From Dickeya dadantii NCPPB 898 (GTDB lineage Bacteria; Pseudomonadota; Gammaproteobacteria; Enterobacterales; Enterobacteriaceae), in assembly GCF_000406145.1 (NCBI RefSeq), contig NZ_CM001976.1, forward strand, positions 2,468,967 to 2,500,966: a stretch of 32,000 nt of DNA, given 5' to 3'. The position numbers were made by a program, and so were the translations under genes. How positions within the stretch are numbered: the stretch's first letter is position 1; each line of letters opens with the position of its first letter. Below, in pieces: positions 25,752 to 32,000 of this stretch. The notes under the pieces were generated by a model, which worked only from the letters and a program-made list of their open reading frames with translations, was not told the origin of the DNA and searched no databases.

Positions 25752-26341
25752 AACAACGTCATCCGTTGCGAAGTCAGCCGCCGAGCACCACTTTTCCCTG
25801 TGCCGTCAGCCGGTTACAGCCGGTTTTCCCTGATGCATTTTGATAACCGGACTCCGAAGCCCCGATACGCGGTTTTGACCCCCGATACGCTACCGCCCTG
25901 CTGTGGCTTTCGCCTGCAACCCACGCATCATAGCAGCGGCGGCAGTCGCTGCCATCCGGTGTTGGAGGTTCCATCTCAACCCATGGTGGGCGGTTAAGGT
26001 GATAACGCACCTGCATGACCACGCCGGACAGCAACCCGCAAGGTAGCCATCGGGGAGGCCCCCGGCGAGGGCCGCACGGGAACGAGCAAGGAGCCTACGA
26101 CTACGAGCCGGGCGCAGCAAGTCGCAGCGGGGTTGGGGCGGGGGCGAGGTAACGCCTTTCAGCGGAGCGCCGGCTGCTTCTTTGGGGTTGGGGGTTGACC
26201 TAAGTGCTGAAGAAGGAACACCGGAGCCGACAGCGGAAGGCGCAGCCTTGCGCGCCGCGCCTCACCCACGACGCCGCCTGACGGCAGTCAGCCTGCCGGG
26301 CTGTCTACCGCTCCGCTCCCGGCTGGCTCACCCGGAGAGCG

Positions 26342-26653
26342 CTAGCTTTGCGGGCTGTCCGGCAACACACTGAACAGACTGTCGATATCACGCGCACCAT
26401 GCAGCACACGCTCTATCCGCACCTCCGTTTCCGTTGTGCCGTACAGGATAAGATAACGCCCGTAAGTACAACTTCTGATGTGGCTCCCCAGTTCCGGGCG
26501 CTCACGATACAGCCAGGGGTTCTCGCCTATCAGGATGCACTGCTGGTACAGGCTTTCCACGAAGCTCACCGCCCGCACCGGATTGTCCTGCGCGATATAG
26601 TCGCCTATCGCCTCGATATCCTGCTCGGCCAGCGGCGATATGCTCACGTTCAT
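26342..26653 (-). CDS. parE: ParE/RelE-family type II toxin
   Basis: 103-aa ORF. 'ISPLAEQDIEAIGDYIAQDNPVRAVSFVESL' and 'YGRYLILY...VRIERVLHGARD' are typical of ParE. Its start overlaps the antitoxin stop by 4 nt. Confidence 0.85.
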   Translation of the reverse strand: MNVSISPLAEQDIEAIGDYIAQDNPVRAVSFVESLYQQCILIGENPWLYRERPELGSHIRSCTYGRYLILYGTTETEVRIERVLHGARDIDSLFSVLPDSPQS

Positions 26654-26913
26654 TCCGGCTGCTCACCTTCCGCCATTCGGCGGTATTTCTCCGACAGACG
26701 ACCAAACACCGCCTGTGCCTCCTTGCCCGGACCGCTGTTCACGCCCAGCTCTACCGCCGCCCGCAGCGCATCCAGCTTCATCTGCTGCTCCCGATCTTCC
26801 AGCGCCCGCAGCCCGGCGCGTACCACTTCGCTGACATTGTTGTAACGCCCGCTGTCGATTTGTTCACGGATAAACTGCTCGAAGTACGGACTTAACGCGA
26901 TACTGGTTGCCAT
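26650..26913 (-). CDS. parD: ParD-family (ribbon-helix-helix) antitoxin
   Basis: 'MATSIALSPYFEQFIREQIDSGRYNNVSEVVRAGLRALEDREQQ' is the classic ParD N-terminus. A GGAGG RBS sits just upstream of the tandem ATGs at 26916 and 26913. The track start at 27012 would overlap the recombinase remnant. Confidence 0.85.
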   Translation of the reverse strand: MATSIALSPYFEQFIREQIDSGRYNNVSEVVRAGLRALEDREQQMKLDALRAAVELGVNSGPGKEAQAVFGRLSEKYRRMAEGEQPE

Positions 26914-26947
26914 CATTACCTCCAACCCCACAGGATAGTATCTATTA

Positions 26948-27412
26948 CTATCTGTTAGTATTTTCTCCCTTTGCCGCGCCGTCAACCCCTTCGTCCTGAT
27001 GCGCGTCATCATCTGCCATCAGGTCAGCCAGCAGCCCGGTTTCATCACTGTCCGACTGCTCTGCCTGATGGGTACTCGCATGAACCTCCTGCAACGCCCG
27101 GATTGAGACCTGCGTGTAGATTTGCGTGCTCTCCACGCTCGCATGGCCCAGCATCGCCTGTATCCACCGCAGGTCCGCCCCGTTCTCCAGCATCTGCGTC
27201 GCCATCGTGTGCCGGAACAGGTGGCAGCTTCCCCATTTCGCTATTCCCGATGCCCTGATGTAATGACTCACCAGACTGGTGATGCCGTTCGGCGTCAGTC
27301 CTTCCACGCCGTCCAGTGCCACGAACAGTGCCGGGCAGTGCGGATTGACCAGCAGTTGCGGCCTCACAACGCCAGCCAGCCCAGCACCCGCTTTCAGGCG
27401 GTGTCGCTGCAA
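26948..27412 (-). pseudogene. Tyrosine recombinase (XerC/D / phage-integrase family), C-terminal fragment only
   Basis: 'RPQLL...[27 protein letters not shown]...[41 protein letters not shown]' carries the HxxR, GH and catalytic Tyr blocks. The N-terminal core-binding half and the first Arg box are absent. Homology stops near 27367-27390, where SymE-like sequence begins on the other strand. Confidence 0.82.
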
Positions 27413-27613
27413 GGTGCCTGGCTTACCGAAGCCGGCTTTACCGACGGGATGCCGTTAAAAATACGGGTCATGCCCGGCTGCATGGTCATCACCGCCCAGA
27501 ACACCCGCGAGCTGTGGCACTGTCTGGAAGGACTCAGCATCGAACCCTTTGACCCGGACGCCGCCGCCAACTGGATCAGGCATTACCCCGGCGGCCTGAC
27601 GTTCGCCGAGTAA
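27389..27613 (+). pseudogene. SymE/AbrB-like toxin gene remnant, copy A2 (5'-truncated at the recombinase junction)
   Basis: '[37 protein letters not shown]' parallels E. coli SymE 'RIPAITLKGQWLEAAGF...VMEGCIVLTAQ'. Upstream in-frame codons are antisense to genuine recombinase coding sequence, so they are not SymE. Confidence 0.5.
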
Positions 27614-27623
27614 CCAACACCAC

Positions 27624-27650
27624 CCCCGGCCAGACCCGGGGTTTTTGTTT
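27624..27650 (+). terminator. Rho-independent terminator after SymE-like A2
   Basis: A 6-bp GC stem pairs 'ccccgg' (27624-27629) with 'ccgggg' (27636-27641), followed by 'tttttgtttt'. Confidence 0.62.
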
Positions 27651-27687
27651 TAACGCTGGGGTGTCGGGGCATGGCCCTGACCGGATG

Positions 27688-27725
27688 GTTTTGTCATACC
27701 GTCGGCATTACGGTAATGACAAAAC
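27688..27725 (+). other. Long imperfect hairpin or palindrome upstream of mini-ORF B2
   Basis: The arm 'gttttgtcataccg' (27688-27701) pairs with 'cggtaatgacaaaac' (27711-27725): 14 bp with one bulged A and a 9-nt loop. No flanking T-run is present, so it is not a terminator. The right arm contains an ATG (27715) that opens a 9-codon ORF. Confidence 0.6.
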
Positions 27726-27755
27726 ATTTCCTGTCCGGAGACTGACGTATTTTCA

Positions 27756-27884
27756 GGCAACCCGCTGCCGCAACTCACCCTCAAGGGCCGCTGGCTGGAA
27801 GATCTCGGCTTTAACACTGGCCAGCCGGTTATCGTCACCGTGGAGCGCGGGCGGCTGGTAATTGAGGCGGAACTCAGGATCTAA
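27756..27884 (+). other. SymE/AbrB-like mini-ORF B2 (no canonical start codon)
   Basis: It encodes ...GNPLPQLTLKGRWLEDLGFNTGQPVIVTVERGRLVIEAELRI*. The frame is closed by TAA-TGA at 27714-27719, and no ATG or GTG occurs before the homologous part. Confidence 0.45.
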
Positions 27885-27886
27885 CC

Positions 27887-27922
27887 GGTAAAAACGACGA
27901 TCCCGGCGCAGGGGCCGGGATC
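27887..27922 (-). terminator. Terminator hairpin downstream of the primary cdiI
   Basis: A 9-bp stem pairs 'gatcccggc' (27899-27907) with 'gccgggatc' (27914-27922). On the minus strand it is followed by 'gtcg' and then a T5 run. It is homologous to the hairpin at 24612-24637. Confidence 0.6.
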
Positions 27923-27926
27923 ATTG

Positions 27927-28175
27927 CTATTCATCTAATTCTTTTAACCAGCAGATAAAATCATCTTTCCCATAAAGATAATCACGATCTGTCGAAGGAA
28001 GATCCACAGCACCTAAACACTCTAGAGTTTTCCAAACGACCTGATCTGTCACTCTAATGTCATCATTATCTATGATTGAAAAAGCCCATTCAGACACCTG
28101 TGAACGATTCACTACACCTGCAATTAGCTGTTGTATTATCTGCTTAAGCATTTGCCTACTAGGAAGAGTATTCAT
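27927..28175 (-). CDS. cdiI: CdiI immunity protein for the resident CdiA-CT (82 aa)
   Basis: A small acidic AT-rich ORF starting 3 nt after the cdiA stop, with an AGGAG RBS inside the cdiA 3' end. Position and composition are typical of cdiI. I do not recognise the sequence family. Confidence 0.8.
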   Translation of the reverse strand: MNTLPSRQMLKQIIQQLIAGVVNRSQVSEWAFSIIDNDDIRVTDQVVWKTLECLGAVDLPSTDRDYLYGKDDFICWLKELDE

Positions 28176-28178
28176 AAT

Positions 28179-31100
28179 TTATCTCCTACCCTGGTAATTA
28201 CCATCAGCGTCAAAAATATGATGATTTTTTTCGTCAGTTACTGGCTTAGGAGCAACACTTCTTACATTCCCTGAATGATCCAACGTTTCATACCATGTCC
28301 TAGTTTGCCCAGTAGTCGGATCCCATTCTCTCACTAATCGAGCACCTACCATTTCTCCTTGAGTTTTAGCAGGTGTCGTATTCCCATAAAATCTAAAACG
28401 TCCATCCTCTAGTGATTTAATACCATCTTGGCCGTATTTTTCTGCCTGTCTGTAGTATTCCGCAAGTTGGGCACCGTGCAAGGAACTGGCAGCAGAAACT
28501 TCACTGCTTGCCCGATTAATCAGCTTAGAGACTTCAGCAAGTTCCCCTTTCTTCAGCGCTGCCTCAGCCGCTTTGATGGCTTTGCCCGCCGCATCCCCTG
28601 CGCCCGGTATCAACCCTACCGCGGCGGCAAGATAATCCAGCGCACTCTGCGCTTCCGCAACGCTCTTGATATCACCTATCACCGGCACAAAATCTGCACC
28701 GGCTGCAAGGGTTTCTTTCAGTGCTTCACGCCGCTCGTCGTACATCTTCACCGAGCAGGCTTCCGCGCTTAATCCGGCACAGTTTTCCTTCTTGTAGCGT
28801 TCGTTCTCCGCCTCAACATACTCACCGGCCTTCTGCTCCAGCGTCTTGCCTTCAGACTGCGCCTGCGCAATATCCCCCAGCGAGTTATTCTCCACCGCCA
28901 CCTGAGCCGACTGCGCGCCCTGTACCGCGTCCGTGCCGGTATTACCCACCACCCCCGCCGCCAGACCGCCCGCTATCGTCGACAGCGTGCTCAGCAGTTG
29001 CCTCTGGTCTTCATTCAGTTCGTCCGCTTTCTTCCCGGGGTACAACGCCTCCATCAGCGCCCGGGCCGCCAGCTCGCCACCCGCCTCACCGGCCGCGCCC
29101 GCCTGCGCGTTATTCCCGCCCGCCTGCGCCACCACCGCGCCCAGCAACGCATGCGCCAGCGTGTTCGCCGCCACATCCGTGTTGCCCTTCGCGTCCGTCG
29201 TCTGACGGTGGATTTCCTCCGCAATGTACGGCGCCGCCGCCCCCGTCAGCGCCTGCGCCACATTCCCCGCCAGCACGCCCTGCAGCGCCGCCACCGCCGC
29301 CTGGATACCCTGACGCACCGGACCGCCCGTACGATAAACCGACTCGTTCAGCGACGCGTTGTAGTAATCCTGATACAGCGCCTGCGTCACCGCATCCTGC
29401 GTGACGGCCTTGCCCGGCGAGGCCGTCGCCAGCTCGTCCGCCTTCGCCTGTCGCGCTTCCGCCGGGGCTGCCGCCAGCCTCGCATTCGCGGCCTTCGTCG
29501 CGTTTATCGCCCCTTCCGTCGATGCGATATCCAGCACCTGCGCACCGATTTCCGACAACACCTGTGCCTGCCGCAGTTTGCCTTCAACCTTCTCCCTGTC
29601 AAATATCGGGTTCAGTGCCCCGCTGTTGGCCCCTGCCGTATCCCGGCTCAGACCGCTCACGTCCTGCTGCTGGCCCGCCTTGTCGCGGATAATCAGCGCC
29701 CCGTCGCTCACCACCGCGTAGGTGGTTCCCGCCGATGAACCACTCTGATTCGCCCCTGCCAGCATCAGGCCGCCCACGTTGCTCAGCACCTGCAGTCCCA
29801 CCGGCGCACTGGTGCTGAACCCGCCCCCGGTATGTGACGCGCTGTACTCCGCCCGGTTGTCGATGTTGCTGAAGCCCAGTGTCCCCGTCTCCAGCCGGTT
29901 CCTGTCGGCGCTGGCGTTGGAGGCTATCGCCCCGCCATCCAGTTGCGTGTGGCTGCCGACGCTGATGTCGTAGCCGCCGTTGCCCGCAAACAGACCGGAC
30001 TGCTCCTGCACACTGTCAAAGTTGCTGTGCACCTTGTCACGACTGAAGCTGAAGCTCGCCCCGCCACCACCGCCGTAAATCGGTATCGTCACCCCGGCGC
30101 TGACACTCTGCTGCTTGCTGTCATAACGGTCGCTGTCCTGCTCGCTGCGTACCAGCAGGTCACGTCCCACCCGTGCGGTTATCGCCCCGGCGTCCACCTG
30201 AGCCCCCTGCAGGGTGGTGTCACGGCCGCTGCTCAGTATCGCGGCCCGGCCGGCTTCCAGCAGCGATTCGCTGTGTGCCAGCCCGTCGCCACGCAGGTTG
30301 CCTTTCGCCGCATTGACGCTGGCGCTCACGCTCAGCCCGAAGCTCCCCGAGGCGCTGACGCCGATACTGACCCCGATACTGCCGCCCCGGCTCTGGTTGC
30401 TGCCCTCGGTGTGCTGCGTGTTCGCCCCCGACAGCAGCCGGATATCCTGCGTGGCAGACAGCGTCAGGTCCTGCCCGGCTTTCAACTGGCTGCCCACTAC
30501 AGTGATATCGCCATCGGTCGCACGAATACGCAGGTTGTCGCCGGCGGTCACACTGCTGCCGGACACCGTGTCCTGCGTCCGGGTCTGCTGCGAGGAGGAC
30601 GACTGGCTGCCGTACGAAATGCTCACCCCGACCGCCTGCGGCTGTGCACCATCCTCACCGCCGCCTGCCGCCGCCTTCGTGCCGGCCGCCTCTCGTTGCG
30701 CCATCGCCAGTCTTGCGGCCTGCGCACCCTGCCCGGCGCTTAATGCGGCTTTCACCCCGGCCAGGGTTTTTAACCGGCTGTCGCTCTCGCGACTCACCGC
30801 CTGCACGGTTTCCACCATGCTGTTCAGCGCACCGCCCACGCTACCGCTCAGCGCAATCGTCAGACCGCTCTGTTTCTGCTCCATTGTCTGCGTGGTACGA
30901 CGGATATCATGCCCCGGCGTCACCGACACATTACGTCCGCTCAGGTCGATGTCCCGCGCCGCGATGATATCCGTTCCCGTCAGGGCCACATCCTGCCCGG
31001 CATTCAGGCGCACCGACCCACTGGTGCTGCCCAGCGTACTGACGCTCTGGCTTTGCGTCGTCCCGGCCGACTCCAGCGTCTGGCGCAGCGACGTGCTGCC

Positions 31101-32000
31101 GATGGTAAACCCTATCCCGCCCCCGCTGAACACCCCGCTCTTCTTGCGGCTCTGCTCCTCGTAGTTACGGTAGGTCTCCACGCTCGCCGCCGTGGTGATG
31201 TCATGCCCCGCCGTCAGCGTCACCTCCCCGTCCGCCGCCACCGCCGAGCCCTGCACCCCGATGTCGTGCCCCGCCGTCAGCGCCACGCTGCCCGCCGACA
31301 GCAGCGTCCCTTTCTCCGTCGTCTGCTGCGTCTCCCGCAGCGTGTGCGTGGTGGTCTTCGACAGGAAGCCCTTCTTCACCGTCGTTTCTTCAAAAAAATC
31401 ATGCCGGCTTTCCGTCGCCGACAGCAGGCTCAGGTCGCGCCCCGCCTGCGCCGTCAGCGCGCCACGCGTCTCCGCCTGCGCCCCCTGCAGCGTCAGGTCC
31501 TGACCCGCCCGCAGGCTCAGCCCCTCGCCCGCGTTCAGCACCGTCCCCTGCTGCGTCACCGTCTGCTGCCAGTCCTGATGACGATTCCACGCGTTCGAGC
31601 TGAACTGCTCCTCACCGGCCGACAGCAGGCTCAGGTCACGACCCGCCGACAGCCCCAGCGTCCCCGCCGCGCTCAGCTGCGCCGCCGTGCCGCTCAGGTC
31701 GCGCCCGGCGCTCAGGCTCAGGTCGCCCCCGCTGGCCACCGTGCTCTGCACCAGCCCCTGACGGCGCCGCTCGGTGGTGGCCCCGCCATCCTGACGTACC
31801 GTGTCCGTCATCGTGCTCAGCGCCGTCAGCCGGATGTCATTACCCGCCGCCAGCTGCAGCGGCCCGCCCGCGCTCAGCTGCGCCCCGTTCAGCGCGATAT
31901 CGTGCCCCGCCTGCAGCGTCAGCCCGCCCTGTGCGCTGATTAAGCCCGCCTGCCCGATATCGGTGCGCGTCAGCGACCCGCGGCCCCGCCCGTCCCGCGC
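28179..32000 (-). CDS. cdiA: CdiA contact-dependent inhibition exoprotein, C-terminal roughly 1270 codons (5' end outside the window)
   Basis: I translated 31812-32000 by hand and the frame stays open to the window edge (...LTLQAGHDIALNGAQLSAGGPLQLAAGNDIRLTALST...). FHA-type repeats are present ('AGRDLSLLSA', 'TAGHDI', 'AGQDLTL'). The pretoxin region ends in 'AQVAVENN' (VENN codons 28884-28895), followed by a 234-aa CdiA-CT whose last roughly 125 codons are AT-rich. Confidence 0.93.
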   Translation of the reverse strand, partial: ARDGRGRGSLTRTDIGQAGLISAQGGLTLQAGHDIALNGAQLSAGGPLQLAAGNDIRLTALSTMTDTVRQDGGATTERRRQGLVQSTVASGGDLSLSAGRDLSGTAAQLSAAGTLGLSAGRDLSLLSAGEEQFSSNAWNRHQDWQQTVTQQGTVLNAGEGLSLRAGQDLTLQGAQAETRGALTAQAGRDLSLLSATESRHDFFEETTVKKGFLSKTTTHTLRETQQTTEKGTLLSAGSVALTAGHDIGVQGSAVAADGEVTLTAGHDITTAASVETYRNYEEQSRKKSGVFSGGGIGFTIGSTSLRQTLESAGTTQSQSVSTLGSTSGSVRLNAGQDVALTGTDIIAARDIDLSGRNVSVTPGHDIRRTTQTMEQKQSGLTIALSGSVGGALNSMVETVQAVSRESDSRLKTLAGVKAALSAGQGAQAARLAMAQREAAGTKAAAGGGEDGAQPQAVGVSISYGSQSSSSQQTRTQDTVSGSSVTAGDNLRIRATDGDITVVGSQLKAGQDLTLSATQDIRLLSGANTQHTEGSNQSRGGSIGVSIGVSASGSFGLSVSASVNAAKGNLRGDGLAHSESLLEAGRAAILSSGRDTTLQGAQVDAGAITARVGRDLLVRSEQDSDRYDSKQQSVSAGVTIPIYGGGGGASFSFSRDKVHSNFDSVQEQSGLFAGNGGYDISVGSHTQLDGGAIASNASADRNRLETGTLGFSNIDNRAEYSASHTGGGFSTSAPVGLQVLSNVGGLMLAGANQSGSSAGTTYAVVSDGALIIRDKAGQQQDVSGLSRDTAGANSGALNPIFDREKVEGKLRQAQVLSEIGAQVLDIASTEGAINATKAANARLAAAPAEARQAKADELATASPGKAVTQDAVTQALYQDYYNASLNESVYRTGGPVRQGIQAAVAALQGVLAGNVAQALTGAAAPYIAEEIHRQTTDAKGNTDVAANTLAHALLGAVVAQAGGNNAQAGAAGEAGGELAARALMEALYPGKKADELNEDQRQLLSTLSTIAGGLAAGVVGNTGTDAVQGAQSAQVAVENNSLGDIAQAQSEGKTLEQKAGEYVEAENERYKKENCAGLSAEACSVKMYDERREALKETLAAGADFVPVIGDIKSVAEAQSALDYLAAAVGLIPGAGDAAGKAIKAAEAALKKGELAEVSKLINRASSEVSAASSLHGAQLAEYYRQAEKYGQDGIKSLEDGRFRFYGNTTPAKTQGEMVGARLVREWDPTTGQTRTWYETLDHSGNVRSVAPKPVTDEKNHHIFDADGNYQGRR

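Larger units (their letters stand above)
27437..27923. repeat. Direct repeat copy 2, following the primary cdiI; includes a 160-bp segment absent from copy 1
   Basis: See copy 1 for the alignment. The extra segment 27616-27775 carries a terminator and a long hairpin. Confidence 0.9.

Noticed and set aside
26129-26195. G-tract clusters 'ggggttggggcggggg' and 'ggggttggggg', considered as a G-quadruplex or telomere-like repeat
   Set aside because: Only three closely spaced G4 tracts occur in each cluster and there is no periodic array. This is plausibly incidental in GC-rich DNA.
25809-26341. Specific identification of the GC-rich spacer as a group II intron fragment, a retron ncRNA or a Tn3-family terminal inverted repeat
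   Set aside because: I found no domain V-like hairpin, no GUGYG 5' end, and no reverse transcriptase or transposase gene. There was only a 6-nt GGGGTC match to Tn3-type ends. It is kept as an unassigned region in the findings.
26914-27012. Longer parD ORF starting at 27012
   Set aside because: The extension overlaps the recombinase 3' end and precedes the canonical ParD N-terminus. A GGAGG RBS sits directly before the ATGs at 26916 and 26913.
27263-27388. A full-length 116-aa SymE-like gene starting at the ATG at 27263
   Set aside because: These codons are antisense to sequence with clear tyrosine-recombinase homology (RPQLL...ALF...LTP...YIRASGI). The SymE resemblance only begins near 27389.
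28428-31943. Plus-strand ORFs antisense to cdiA (for example 28721-29404, 28998-29738, 29943-30743, 30214-31164, 30909-31943)
   Set aside because: These Pro/Arg/Ala-rich translations are antisense to a continuous FHA-repeat/VENN reading frame. They are shadow ORFs.
1-32000. Search for rRNA, tRNA, tmRNA, RNase P RNA, CRISPR arrays and complete IS elements
   Set aside because: I saw no spaced direct-repeat arrays, no tRNA-like T-arm or acceptor pairs, and no transposase ORFs. The only mobile-element signature is the truncated recombinase.

Overview
This 32-kb window comes from a GC-rich gammaproteobacterial chromosome. The DspE/DspF/HrpW similarity suggests an Erwinia/Dickeya/Brenneria-type plant pathogen; that taxon call is inference only. 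It has three blocks.

(1) 22-9265: a compact recC-recB-recD operon on the minus strand with 4-nt gene overlaps.

(2) 9.5-24.2 kb: an Hrp type III secretion accessory island.
- It carries dspF-dspE (AvrE family), two tandem HrpW-type harpin genes (only the second keeps the pectate-lyase domain), a small acidic ORF, an SDR gene, and an HrpK-like protein with a C-terminal glycine zipper.
- I read two canonical and two imperfect HrpL 'hrp box' promoters directly from the sequence. Two of them force shorter gene starts than the ORF track gives.
- AT-rich spacers hold a 203-aa Cys-free, roughly one-third-serine, harpin-like ORF and an orphan periplasmic binding protein.

(3) 24.3-32.0 kb: the 3' end of a contact-dependent inhibition (CDI) locus on the minus strand.
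- cdiA is cut by the window edge, has a VENN motif at 28884-28895, and is followed by cdiI.
- Next come a truncated tyrosine recombinase, parDE, about 0.54 kb of unassigned GC-rich DNA, and an orphan VENN-delimited cdiA-CT/cdiI pair.
- Each immunity gene is followed by the same roughly 0.33-kb repeat carrying SymE/AbrB-like gene remnants.

I saw no rRNA, tRNA or CRISPR array. Most other long ORFs in the track are antisense shadows of GC-rich or low-complexity genes.
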